A stretch of 64,000 bases of DNA from Hyphochytrium catenoides (Eukaryota; Protista; Hyphochytriomycota), in NCBI GenBank assembly GCA_900088475.1, contig FLMG01003947.1:124001-188000 (forward strand), written 5' to 3'. Made by a program: the position numbers and the translations under genes. This document shows, piece after piece, positions 40,276 to 52,003 of this stretch; within the stretch, counting starts at the first letter, position 1, and every line of letters starts with the position of its first letter. The notes beneath the pieces were generated by a model that made no database searches, had not been told where the DNA came from, and saw nothing but the letters and a program-made list of their open reading frames with translations.

Positions 40276-41808
40276 ATGCCCCCTCACGGAGAGAAATCCT
40301 GGTGGGAGATCGGAGCCAAGCCCAGCCAAGTGAACGATGAAGGTGCCGAGGAGTTCCGCAGGCGGTGGCCCAAGACATGTGTCATCCCAGGCTTCAAGGA
40401 GAAGCAAAAGATGTCCATTGTGTACACCTGGGTCAACGGAAGTGAGCCAACTTATCAGCAAAGCCGCGTAAAGCATGGAGGAGAAGTCGGAGGGTCAAGA
40501 GACAGAGACATTGGAGAGCTCAGATACTCCCTCCGTGCCCTGTACAAGTATGCCAGCTGGATTGATGGCGATATCTTCATTGTTACTCCTCACGGTCAGA
40601 AGCCTAACTGGATGAACGCGGAGCATCCAAGAATCAAGTTCATTGACCAAGACTCTATCTTCCCAGACTATGCCAAGCCTTATCTTCCTACCTTCAACAC
40701 CCACGTCCTAGAGCAGTTCCTCTACCGCATTCCCGGCCTCTCCGAGACGTTTTTGCACTTTAACGATGACTACATGCTCACTTCTGAGCTCACACCCCAC
40801 GATCTCTTCACTTGCCAAGGGGCCTTGCGCTTCTACACTGACCCAGAGATTATTCCCCACAGAGAGTTTGACGAGAACGATAAGGTGTGGTTTAGCTCTG
40901 TCATTCACACCCAGTACCTCCTCAGCCAGAAATATGGGGAAAAGACGCGCAAATGCCTCAAGCATGGTCCATTCCTTTACAACCGGAAAGCCCTCGACAT
41001 GCTACAGGAGCTATGGAAGCCTGAGCTACAGCTTACTCTGCAGTCTCGCTTCAGAGAGCAGTCCAATATCAACCTCCCTCTCCTCTACGTCTATTTCATG
41101 GTAGAACAGAGCAAGAAGTACGCTCAGATCCCGAACGCTACATTTGCCACTGTTAGAGAGGGCGAGCAATTCATTCTCTACAAGCTTCGGGACAATCGCA
41201 CTATGCAGATGGATCGTTTCTTTGAGAACATCCTGGTTAAGCGGTTGAATCCCAAGCTCGTGGCTCTGAACGACGACTACTCAGACCCTTCAGTTGCCGA
41301 TCAAGTGCTGTCTTTCCTTAACGTCTACTTCCCTGAGAGGTCACCTTATGAGCTGGGATATACTGCTCCTACTGTTGCACCACCCAGACTCCCAGCCTTC
41401 CAGGACTCTGTCTCCATGATGTGGATGTCGGAAGAGGACCTTGCTGGAAACGGCTCACCACACGCTCCTGCTTTCCAAACCAGAGACATCAACAACTGGT
41501 CTTACAACGCTGTCTGGGTTCTCTCTCTATTCTTTATCGTCCAAACATTCATCGTGGTAACCCTTCTCTACAGAATGGCACAGGGAGGTACCCCCAGACG
41601 TAAGACCTACCAATCTGTAAACCCCATCTGTCCGTTCGACATTCCTGAGCCAGAGTTTGACCGACCACGCTCCCTGGTGGGCAGAGTAAGAGCTCTGCTA
41701 CTGAGTATTGTCAGCTCTGTCAGCGGCAGGAGCAGCGCAAGCTCCGGCCAGTACCAGGGGAAGGATAAGCTCGATGATGAGGCAGGAATCAACGGTGTGG
41801 CAGCATAG
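40276..41808 (+). CDS. Stealth-family hexose-1-phosphate transferase (GNPTAB/XcbA-like) with a C-terminal transmembrane helix
   Basis: CR1 IVYTWVNGSEP. CR2 ELRYSLRAL..GQKPNW..LPTFNTHVLEQFLYRIPGLSETFLHFNDDY. CR3 KHGPF..SRFRE. CR4 ALNDD. TM segment AVWVLSLFFIVQTFIVVTLLY. Single 510-aa ORF. Confidence 0.93.
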   Translation: MPPHGEKSWWEIGAKPSQVNDEGAEEFRRRWPKTCVIPGFKEKQKMSIVYTWVNGSEPTYQQSRVKHGGEVGGSRDRDIGELRYSLRALYKYASWIDGDIFIVTPHGQKPNWMNAEHPRIKFIDQDSIFPDYAKPYLPTFNTHVLEQFLYRIPGLSETFLHFNDDYMLTSELTPHDLFTCQGALRFYTDPEIIPHREFDENDKVWFSSVIHTQYLLSQKYGEKTRKCLKHGPFLYNRKALDMLQELWKPELQLTLQSRFREQSNINLPLLYVYFMVEQSKKYAQIPNATFATVREGEQFILYKLRDNRTMQMDRFFENILVKRLNPKLVALNDDYSDPSVADQVLSFLNVYFPERSPYELGYTAPTVAPPRLPAFQDSVSMMWMSEEDLAGNGSPHAPAFQTRDINNWSYNAVWVLSLFFIVQTFIVVTLLYRMAQGGTPRRKTYQSVNPICPFDIPEPEFDRPRSLVGRVRALLLSIVSSVSGRSSASSGQYQGKDKLDDEAGINGVAA

Positions 41809-43024
41809 AAATGAAAGCCTGCGCCGGAAGGCAGGATAGAGCCCCTGAGAGTGGGCAGCTGATCAATATTTATCATCACTTGCTATCGACTTTTGTCTGT
41901 TACATTAATTATAAGCTACGATGTAGTCCCTTATAAATGAATTCCACGGGTTGTTTTTCTCAGTCACCGCCGTACGTTCACCCCTCTCTTGCGTCCACCG
42001 GGACAGATTAGCTGCTGAGGGTCTGGGGATGCGAAGAAGATGACATTACTCTACCAGCCAGCCGTGCATCAAAAAGTGGAAGATGAAGAAGAAAGAGCTC
42101 AGTGTCTGTATGGGTATGGGCCCTGTTGGCCTCCTCTTCTGTCTCCTGTTCCTAGCGCACTCTCTCCATCACCTTTGATAGGAACTATAACTTTGGCTTC
42201 TTCTCCTGCCCAGCTTTAGCCACTCTTGAGAACCCTCTCCCTGTCCATTTAGTACGCGGTGGCAATGGACAAGGGCTCTGATCTTGCGCTGGTCCTGGTC
42301 TCTAGAAGGGAGAAGAGGTCCAAGACTAACGCGCTGCTTGGTGGTTGAGGAACTGTGGCCTTTGATAACTGGCCGTTAGCGGTATAGGCGTTGTGGAAGA
42401 TGATGCAGCTAAATCTGATCATATGCCTCCATGCCAATTGCTTTTATGTTCAAGGAATGTAAGACACCCGGTAATACGCCGCAGCGAAGTTAACCCCTCT
42501 ATCTGCGTTTGTCATCTCTGTTGTCCCTCTCACTCTGTCTCTCCTGTACTCTGTCTCTTCTCCTTTTTTCACTCTCTCTCTGTACCCTCTTTATGGGGTA
42601 CCGGCTCTCTGGCTCTGTCTGTCTGCTGTGATATCTCTTCATTGCTCTGGTTCACTCTTTATCTTCCTGCTGGTTGGTGCCGCACTCTCTCCTCTTCCCA
42701 TCAGAGACTCAGAAGCCAGGAGTTGACGTCCTTTCCCTCTGCCTCTCAAGGATCCCGATTCCTTGCCCCATCGCGCTTCCTCATAAAGGACTGGGACACC
42801 ACCGTGATGAAGAGCTGTGGAAGGTGGCGATGGAGAGAGAGAGAGAGAGCGAGAAGAAAGGAAAAGCAAACACGAGTGGCCAAGAACTTCTGGATGACAA
42901 GTCCAATGAGGTAGGGTGCCTTGAGGGATACCTCGGAAGACGTGAAAGTTTAGAAAGTAGGCTAGGGATAGAAGAGAAGCGCTTCCTGAGCAGTGCTTCT
43001 CACAAGTAAAAGTAAGCCGTAGCC

Positions 43025-46000
43025 ATGACGCCTCCCGACTCGCTGAACAGCCAAGGGCGCCAACCTGACGGGAGCCATAGACAGCGGACCACAAGTGCTG
43101 CTCTCTTCTCAACTCCACCGCGCAGCCGTTACCAGGAGATGGCGCCAGAGCTTGAAAGAGAAAAGCAGAGTCTCGTAAGTCAGGACACCGCGTCGGAAGA
43201 AGAGACTAAGCGGCAGAGCTGCGCGGTGCAACAGCAACGAGAGAGGCAGGCAAGTGGAGCTATGGAGACGGTGTTCCACTCAGACGTGGCGATCCATATT
43301 TTTGTTTTTGTATGCACTTTGGGTGGCGTCCAGCGATTGGCCTCTGTCTCCAAGCATTTGAACGCCATCGCGAAGCGGATCTTTCTCCTGCATATTGAGG
43401 GCTTTAGAGAGAATCAGAAGACGCTATGGTAGTCCTCTCTCCCTTCTCTTGTCTCTGGAAAGCTGTACCTATATCTCTGCACCCTATCTCCTGCTCTTTT
43501 CGTCTTTGTGTCGCTGCTCTGGCGCTGATGCTGTCCTTTGGTCTATAGGATGTTCCTCCTCTACCACCTTACTCGTACTAGGACGACTTCACGACGACTT
43601 TTGCTCTCTCATACACGACATTCTGCTTAACCTTCGTGTTGATAACTGCTGCCTACCTGTGCCGGCGCCGCTCTAAGATTTGACTGACCTAGGCCGGAAA
43701 TATTGTCCCTGATCAGGAACCGCTGGGCAAATGTTAGAACCCTGCAGCTCAGGTACCGGTTCTTATCTCCCTTACTCTTGACACTGTTAGCCCAAGATTT
43801 TTAGTTTGACACTCTAGCGAGTGGCTTTCTTCTCCCTAGACAGGAGCGAAAACCGTGCCTCTGATGACGCCTTCTGTCAGTCCGAGTAACCCTCTGCAAC
43901 ATGTAGAAACTGCACCATGAAGTCATGGAGTTGGATTCGTTCTCTGCATGACCAGCTGCCCTCGCCCTCTGGCTCCGAAAAGACCAAGAAGTCAGAGGCC
44001 CCTCGACTCACTGTGTCTAAGTCCTACGGCTTAAAGCTACATCTGACCATTGATGAGATGTGTCAATACAAATGGTAAGAAGAAGGATCCGGAGCTATAT
44101 TCCTAGGGAGGTTGAGGGAAGAGAGGGACAGCAGCAGACAACAGGACCGAGACTATGCTTTCACGGCATAAGAGTTGTACTGATCACTTCTCTCCCCCAG
44201 CCTTGCGCTGTGCGACGCGTTGGAGATCAATGTGCTGAATGACAAGGATGCACAGAAGGCGAATCTGAAGATAGAGGATGACAACTCACTGCCTCCTTTA
44301 CCATCGTTGCCGTCAAGACAGAGTTTGAAGACCGGGTCACTCTCTGCCCTTCAGTTCTTGGTACTGACCAACAGCCACATTACCAATGTCTCCTGGCTGA
44401 CGACAGCCACTTTCACTAGCGCTGCGCCATTTCTTAAAGCATTGTTTCTTGGCGGCATCGCATGCGGTTCTACCTTTGAGGACGAAGACGAAGCCGTGGC
44501 GCCTGCACTCCTCGCGAAAAGATCGCCTCTTGTCGTAGAGTTGACATTTCTTTCTCCGCGCTTGCGCTCGCGCTTGAGCAGACAATTAGTCGGTTCATAT
44601 GTCTTGGACTTTATCACCTTGAATGCAGAAGACAGAGAGAAGCTCGAAGCATGTGCTGGAGAGGAACAGGATACAGGTGAGTCTGCCTAGTGTACTGCTG
44701 GACTGGAATGCAGTCTTCGACGAACTCACTTGTTCTGTTTGTTAGACTTGAACAACGCTTTGTTTTCTTCTCCTTCTCCGCACTGTTCGTGGTCCTCGTT
44801 TATCTATCCTCACATATGCATCTGTTTCCAAACCTCACTCAACGCGTACGTAGCCCTCCATTCCAGTTTGTCGCAAGCGCTGAACTGCAAGAATGGTAGG
44901 CGAGCATCTCTCTTATTTCCACTGCATCTCTCTTATTTCCACTGCATCTCTTCTTGACTTACTCTCTTATTTTTCAATTGGTTTGATGTCTTAGATTACC
45001 AGCAGACACCATTGCATGTTGCGGTTTACACGGGAGATTACAAGCTTCTCTCATGGCTTATACGCTCTGGAGCGCCGATCAATGCAAAAGATAAGAGAGG
45101 CTGCACTCCTCTATTCCGCGCCTCAGAGCGAGGAGACGCTGAAGCTGTTCGTTGTCTTCTCTCTTCCAACGCCTTGATTCTGATCAAGAACCAAAACCTG
45201 GAAGGTCCGCTTTATCTCGCTTCCCTGAAGGGCCACTACGAAGTCGTCAAGCTTCTCCTTGAGGGAGAGAAGAGGATATTGGGAGAGCGCTTTTCACAGG
45301 CTATCCTTTCCCTGTACTCGCGGGAGAAAGTGACCGAGCAATTGACTCCCCCAGTCGTGGTTAGCCATCAGCGTGCAGAACGGAGCCACTCCTTGTACGG
45401 TTCTTCTGGGCAAATGCCACGAGTTCCACCCGGCAGAAAGGATAAAAGCAATCGAGGTTCAATGCTGTCTGCCAAGGCTCCTCCCTTCATCCCTTCCTCT
45501 ATTAAAACCAAGGAAGATGCTATCAAGTGCGATGACCTTAGTATAAGGTGGTCCTTTGACAGACCTGTTAATCTATTTGAAGACCAAAAGCTCGTACGGA
45601 CTTTCGTTGACTCGGCACGGTCGGACTTCTATACCAGTAGAAGCGGCGATGGCTTCAATCCCTTGCATGCGGCTTGCATCAATGGGTGCCTCGCCATTGT
45701 TAAGCTACTGGTAGAAGAGGGAGGCTACGACTTGAACTGTAAGAATAAGTACGGACAGACGCCATTGCATCTGGTAGGTTGCTTCCCTATTCTTTGGCGT
45801 AAGAATGACCTTACGGCACATTGTCACTTTGTCTTTCTCTACTAACATGGTACAATCTATCTCCCTGGACGGTATAGGCGGTCCGCTTTGGGCACTTCAA
45901 GGTGGTGCAGTGGCTCTTAGAGAAAGGAGTCAACTATCGCTTACCGGATTATGAGGGCAAATCCGTTCTGGTACGTGCTAAGAAGCTCCGCGCGTACGGC

Positions 46001-46122
46001 AACTTTTGATGAACAACTACTGCCATAATGCTCACATGGTGCTATCTCCATTCTAGGAAGTGGCCCACAGATCGCGGAACCTTCAAGTCACCCTTTTGTT
46101 ACAGAGATTTGGAGCTGCGTAA
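43025..46122 (+). CDS. F-box-like / LRR-like / ankyrin-repeat protein
   Basis: F-box-like FHSDVAIHIFVFV..VQRLASVSKHLNAIAK. LRR-like LSALQFLVLTNSHITNVSWL. Ankyrin repeats TPLHVA, GCTPLFRASERG, GPLYLASLKGH, FNPLHAACING and GQTPLHL/AVRFGH. Last exon ends FGAA* at 46122. The 5' end is uncertain. Confidence 0.78.
44904..44950. repeat. 20-bp tandem repeat (GCATCTCTCTTATTTCCACT, about 2.4 copies) in an intron
   Basis: Directly visible just downstream of a GT donor. Confidence 0.85.
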
Positions 46123-46272
46123 GGGCTTACCAGTGGCTGCTAAAGAGCTTTCTGGAGCTGATTTATTGCTGAGGCAAGTGGCTGCTCATCAAACTTTAGG
46201 AGCTGCGTGGGTGCTTCCCAGTGGCTGATAACGAGCTTTCTGGACTTGGTCTATTGCTGAGGCAAGTGGCTG
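46108..46272 (+). repeat. Diverged ~88-bp tandem duplication spanning the ankyrin gene stop codon
   Basis: GGAGCTGCGT..CCAGTGGCTG.TAA.GAGCTTTCTGGA..TATTGCTGAGGCAAGTGGCTG occurs twice. Confidence 0.85.
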
Positions 46273-46977
46273 GTACGCTGGCTTTTTGGGGTTGTTGAGG
46301 GGGAAAAACCCGTAGGAAGGTGCAAGAGGCATTAAAGAGCCAAGTTCGGTGGTTGAAGCGTGGCGTTGCGGCTTTGGAAGCTCAAAGCTGATAGCTATCG
46401 GTATGCCTACCCTGTCAAAGGTCTCTACCACTTTGATAGCACATGCAACCAAAACTCCCCAGTAGAGAAGAATGGAGCTCACCAAGTCCCTGCTTTTCTT
46501 TGGTGCACGCCCATAAATGTTACACCTAAGCCAACTCCAGAACAGCTTTTTAGTCACGGAGTTGACTTCTCGGTCTCAGGTATCAACATTGCCGGGGAAC
46601 AGCTCGGACGGCCTGTCTGGGTGTCGTTCGCGCCGTTAAGGAGTCGCTTCAGCGCAAAAGAGTGGATCTCAAGCACAATGGCACCTTGAAGCTAGAGCAT
46701 CCTTTATCGCAAGCCAGTATAAACTTTGTCTCACCCCAAGTTCCCTTGACGCTGAGGAGACGATATCGCGCTTTCAAGCCCTACAAGTATACTCCGGAGC
46801 GCGAAACAGGAAGAAGGGATAACCTCCTTTATGTGTAAAAGGAACTGAAGTAATAACAGACATCATCGTCCGGATAGACATTCAGTTAAATCTTCTCTAA
46901 CGCTAGTCTCAAAATTTATTCCCTCTCATGGATGGGTACATGATGGGTGCAGGAATGGGTGCTTTGGAGGCTGACTA

Positions 46978-49024
46978 TCAGCAGCCGTAGTTATATTGCT
47001 CATCTAACACAACGGAGCCATTTGCGGCCTCGACGATCCTTCTGAGGCATTCCTTGTCTCCGGACAGCTTCAGCTCCAATTCCTGGACAGCATTCCCCCC
47101 TCTTGTGGTGTCAAGAAAACCTTCCCCTTCTTGAGAGATCTTCAATGCCTTATTGAGTAGTCCTCTGTGGGAGTACATTCCCATTAACAGCGATGCGGGC
47201 CCATCCCCATAGAAAGATCTCTCAAACGCATGGTCAATGCGGGCGTCGATCCGATAGGCACCCGCCGGAGCAGCGTAGGCTGTATAGTTGAAGTACCCAC
47301 TAATCGGATAGTCCTCCTTCACTGTCAAGGTTGAGACCTTGTACCCTTCGGTGACGGTAAAGACACTCGACACAGACGTCCGCGCAGAGAAGGTGAAGGT
47401 ATCGGTGTTGTTTCTGAATGTCTGGCTGTTCACATAACTACTGTGCTGCTCAATGCCGTACACTTTCTCGCCCTTGGACGTTTTCACTCTGCTTCGTATG
47501 GAGAACTCTCTCTGCGCCTTGGTGGTGAAGTCGCCGTCCGTTCCTGGAGTAGAATCAATAGGGTCAGCCTTGACTTAAGTGGTGATAATATTAGAGCTTC
47601 ATCTCCAGGCTGTACGGCAAGAGAACATGCCACTCACCATTCACTTCTCCATCAAGCTCTGGAGTGACCTTGGGCAGCATAGAGATTGATAGAATCTCTG
47701 CCTCTGTCTGTTCCCCTTGCTGGTCAAGCCAAGCAAGAATGCTTCCATCCAGAGGCCAAAAATCTAAGCCGTTGTCGACTGCAAGAGAGAACTCATGGGG
47801 CTTTCCATCCAAAAGAAGAGGAAGGAACGGTGTAAGGTTGATGAGGTACGTGGGAGCCTCAAAGGCTCCAATCGCAACCACCGGCCGCCATAAATAAGGG
47901 TTGAAGCCTCCAGTGAAGATGATCGGGAAGGGCCAGACCGTCCCCACAAGTTGCCCGTCAATGAGGAGCTGGACCTCTTTGAAAGGGCCATTATTGCACT
48001 TGTTGCCGACTGTCTGCCCAAACTCCGTGGGAGGATTGGTGTACCTATAATTCGAGCAATCCATACAGGGGCAAGAGTGTGAGTGTGGACCTCAAGTAAG
48101 GAGAGCTGCACGGAGAAAGAGCTCAAAGAGACAAGTTATATGGAGAGAGAGAGAGGGACGGCGAAGCGAGAGAGTAGAACCGCAAAGAGGATCACCACTG
48201 CTCAGGCCAGCAAATCAACTTAAGCGGCAGCAGACGGGAAGGTATTAACGTCATACAACGGCGCCTTACCAAAACTCGTCACATTGGTGATGGCTCAGCG
48301 ATAACTCAAAGACCAACTCCTCCACATTACGCGGCAGAGTCACATTTATGGCCGGTTTGGGCTTCGAGGGTTCCACGAAGAACCAGCCATACGTACTTGT
48401 GGATGCTGAGAAAGGGACGATGAGGTCGGGAGAGGTTGCCCAGCGTTCAACTTCCGTCCTACTACTAGCTGGCTTATAGAACTCAAGATCTAGGAGGATG
48501 GTGAAGCTGGTCGTGTAGACATCATTCACAACGTTGTCCAACGAAATCACGACGCTTCCGCCAGGCTTTAGAACCTTATAGTACATCGTCACATCCTTGA
48601 CCACCTCCCATTCAACGCCAGAGAGGCGACTAGGCTCTTGAGTAGAGGTTCTAAGGAGTTCCACTCCGTTTACCCAGGCAGCCGCAATGCGGTCAAACTG
48701 CCTACCAGCAGGCGTACTGCCTCGCCATCTCAACCTAACCATCGTGTGGTCGTCAGGACAGTTTGGTGTGAATGTTCCCACATAGGGTTGCCCATAGGAG
48801 GAGCCGAAGGTATGAGTGGCGAGGCGAACAGTGCAAGGAGAGCCCTCAATGTTTGCGGGCAGGGGCGGAATGACTTCGATCGATTCGGGGTAAGTGGTAG
48901 CAGGAGCCCGAGGTAAGGAGCTTTGTGTCGTAAAGGCAACATCCCCGAGTTCTCCCTTTGGCCCTAGCTGCGCTGCAAAGAGAGTTATTGCAGGTTTCAG
49001 GAGCTGCATCAACCGCGCCGCCAT
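46978..49024 (-). CDS. Peptide-N4-(N-acetyl-beta-glucosaminyl)asparagine amidase A (acidic PNGase A family), 3 exons
   Basis: HTFGSSYGQP, GRQFDRIAAAWVNGVELLRTSTQEP, WEVVKDVTMY, DEFW/YTNPP, and GPFKEVQLLIDGQLVGTVWPFPIIFTGGFNPYLWRPVVAIGAF. Confidence 0.93.
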
Positions 49025-51390
49025 TGTGCCTTCTTCCGAGGAGCAGCCGCTTGCACGACACTATCTGCGCGGTATAAAGGATGCTAGCTACGCTCAGAGC
49101 ACCGATGTCGCCAGGCAAATCTTTTACTGAGAGCTTCCCCTCTCCGACGGAGTGCTCGGACAGCTAAGTCGACAACGCCGTCAGGACGCCTGAGGGTACG
49201 CAGACTCACTGCACCACAGGGCACAGGGCCGACCTGACAAGGACCAACGCCAAAAATCAACAATAATAAGAGTCTCAGCGCCAGCAGAGAAACTCCATCT
49301 GGACCACTGTCCTATCAAGATACAACAGAACCAATTCTGCCTTTCTGAAGCTTTTCCTATTGTTAACAGGTAATCTGGACCTGATGCCCTTCTATCACTG
49401 CTGCTCATGATGACAAGATCGGCCAGACTAAGAAGACCGAGGACCGCTCATTGGCTGGAGCAAACCTAAGAATCCTAAACTTTATTCCTGTTTATATGGC
49501 TGCACTTTGATATGCTGGCAGGACAGGCCTAAATTGTTTAGCGGTAACTAGGACGTACTAGAGTCTCAACGCCTAAATGTAGGTTTTATCTAGACTCGTT
49601 TGCATTTATTCTGTCCATTATATCAAGGTTCTAAATTCCGAGCCCTCTACTCTCCCTAAGCCTGGGCTATTTACAGCGTAATTGACTCTGATTGCCAGTC
49701 CTTTTTGTTCTGAGGCTTGACTATGGTCTTGAGGTTTTACAGGTCCAATCATCAGTGACAAGCTGCAGCAGCAAAAGCTTGTGGCTTTCAATTATTCGGC
49801 TGCTATGGAGTTTCTGGAGTTCTCTTCCCGTCAGGAGCGGACTTTGCCAGCAGTGCGTTGGGCTGACAGGGCAGGGCTGGGCTGGCTGTCAATCGGTATC
49901 AAGCTAGGATAGTCCGTACAGCACTCGTCGAGCCAGAGAGCATGCATGCGATACTTCGTAAAGGTACCTGCCTTGCTGCTGTCTGCCAGCTTGATCTTCA
50001 CCGTCCTATTGGCCTCTTTAAACTCTGCCTTTCACTTCTATAGTTTCACCGCACCGGAGTCTCACTTTAGGAAAGCCCCAATTCGTAAGTCTGCGTTTGG
50101 ACTGGGAGACCTTGTTCGGGCGCTTGGGAGTAAAAGACGTCTGATCTGGCTTGCGGTAACTGCAGACCCACTGCGGCATTCATTCCCAGCTTCATATGCC
50201 GCTGACAGGAGTACATGATGCTCGCCTGAGCTCTGCCGGCCAACAGAAGTACTGATCATACGTGACTGCAGCCGTCACAAGTACTGCGTGCTCTATGTTA
50301 CAGCACTGTAAATTATATACCACCATTAGCACTCGCCTCTGACGCTCGTCTAGTAGTTACTACTTCAAGTTAGGCCAGTTGATGAAGTTCTTCTTCCACG
50401 TCGGCACACGCCCCTCACGAGACGTGCAGCTCTGCATCGTCATCGAATGCTCAGTCATCTCTCTTGTCTCTTGGATGGGATACAAGGTCATGACTAACAT
50501 TTGATAAAGGAGACGGGACAGATGCTAGGATCGTGTTTTCCATAGTAAGGGCGATAGTTGTCATGGGCGTGAACTGAGCTGAAGGCAGCGAGTCAGCTCA
50601 TGAGCTCACAACGAGACAGAATCAAGAAGATGATGGAAGGCTAGTCCTGTTGATAGATCCAGTCCATCTCTTCTTCTCCCTGCGTGACTGCGCAGCTCAA
50701 GTGGATGCTCTTGGGAACGCAGATTGAGACTCACGTCACTGACAAAGAGTGGGGAACATTCCTGAATATGATGAAGGTTTCAAGAGAACTATGTGTACTC
50801 TCTATATAAAGGAGTAAATATATCTTCAAACGAAACCTTTAACTTCAGGAAACATTGGTCTCTAAGGTTGTACGACGTATGTATAAGAGAAGGTTTTGGT
50901 TGATTGTAAGACTCTTTCTTCTTCCTCGGTCCAAAGCGCTCAAGGATCTTTCTCCTCTTCTCTCCTCCATCCTGTGAAGAGCAACAGCAGCAGCAGCAGC
51001 AGCGGCAGCCACGAGAAGGACAACCGTCTATCGACTCGCCTTATAGAATAGACTGCGTCTTTCTTCTTCTCCTTGCGGCGCGGAGCAGAACAGTCCAGTA
51101 AACTTGTAAGAAGCAGTCGCTGATTCAGTAACTCTGGCCTTGGCATGATCTCACAGTCTCCCGACAGAGAGCTGTCTAGCTGAAGGCTCTCGCTCCGACG
51201 GTGACTCCATCGGGTTTTTGACCTCCTATCTTATGTAGGGAGAGACCCTACCATTGTAGCTTAGCTCAGGCCATTCTCTCCATCGCTTGTCCATTTGGAG
51301 TGATTCACTAGAGCTAGGGTCACTCCTAAGGAGGCCTCCCGCTTCTTGTTGTTCAACTAGTGGACTCCTTCGTAGGGTCCTGGCTGCGCT

Positions 51391-51878
51391 ATGACCTATA
51401 ACTGGCACAAGAAGTATGGCTGGCGACATGCCGCCAGAGAATGGAAGATCTTAGGAGGAGTTTTTGTCTTCTCCGCCGCCCTTCGCTACCTCCTGTACAC
51501 AAAGGTAGGATATGCAATAATTTGCTTCTTTTAAGGCAGACGCTGTCGGCGCTGACCTTGAGATCTTGACTTGCGCCAGTCCAAAGAGAGTCTTGAGCGC
51601 AATTTGGAGAAGACGCACCGCGAAGCCTCGGAGGTAGGGTCTAACCTCAGTCAAGATTTCTCGCAACACCTGCTACCCCTTCAGTTGCTCTCATATGGCC
51701 CCCTAGCTATATTCTCTGCTGACAGCACGCAGTGGAATGATACTCTTCTACCTCACAAATACAGGCTTATAGGGCCTCCAGAGAGGGCGCTCATCGGAGA
51801 CACGAAGAGTACATGCGACGGTTAAGGGAGCTGGAGGAACAAGATAGACGAAGCGCTGCGGAAGAGAGGAGAGTTTAG
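51391..51878 (+). CDS. Small 93-aa single-TM, coiled-coil protein (exons 51391-51504, 51580-51633, 51765-51878)
   Basis: ATG, two phase-0 GT-AG introns with GCTGAC branch-like sites, and TAG. Product: MTYNWHKKYGWRHAAREWKILGGVFVFSAALRYLLYTK/SKESLERNLEKTHREASE/AYRASREGAHRRHEEYMRRLRELEEQDRRSAAEERRV. Confidence 0.7.
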
Positions 51879-52003
51879 TCGTTGCTAATCATAAGGACTT
51901 TAGACGAGGACGGGATAGAGAGAAACAGAGACAGAGACTGCAGTCAGCCATCAAAGTCTCATTAGTGATTAAAGAAGTGAAGAACAGGTCTTCCTATTCA
52001 TGT

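Noticed and set aside
46108-46272. Repeated 21-bp TATTGCTGAGGCAAGTGGCTG as a CRISPR-like repeat
   Set aside because: There are only two copies, the intervening sequence is itself duplicated, the context is eukaryotic and no cas genes are present.
49946-50218. ORF resembling a type II membrane glycosyltransferase N-terminus with a GTAAGT donor
   Set aside because: The spliced frame stops within about 20 codons and no catalytic exon follows. At most a fragment.
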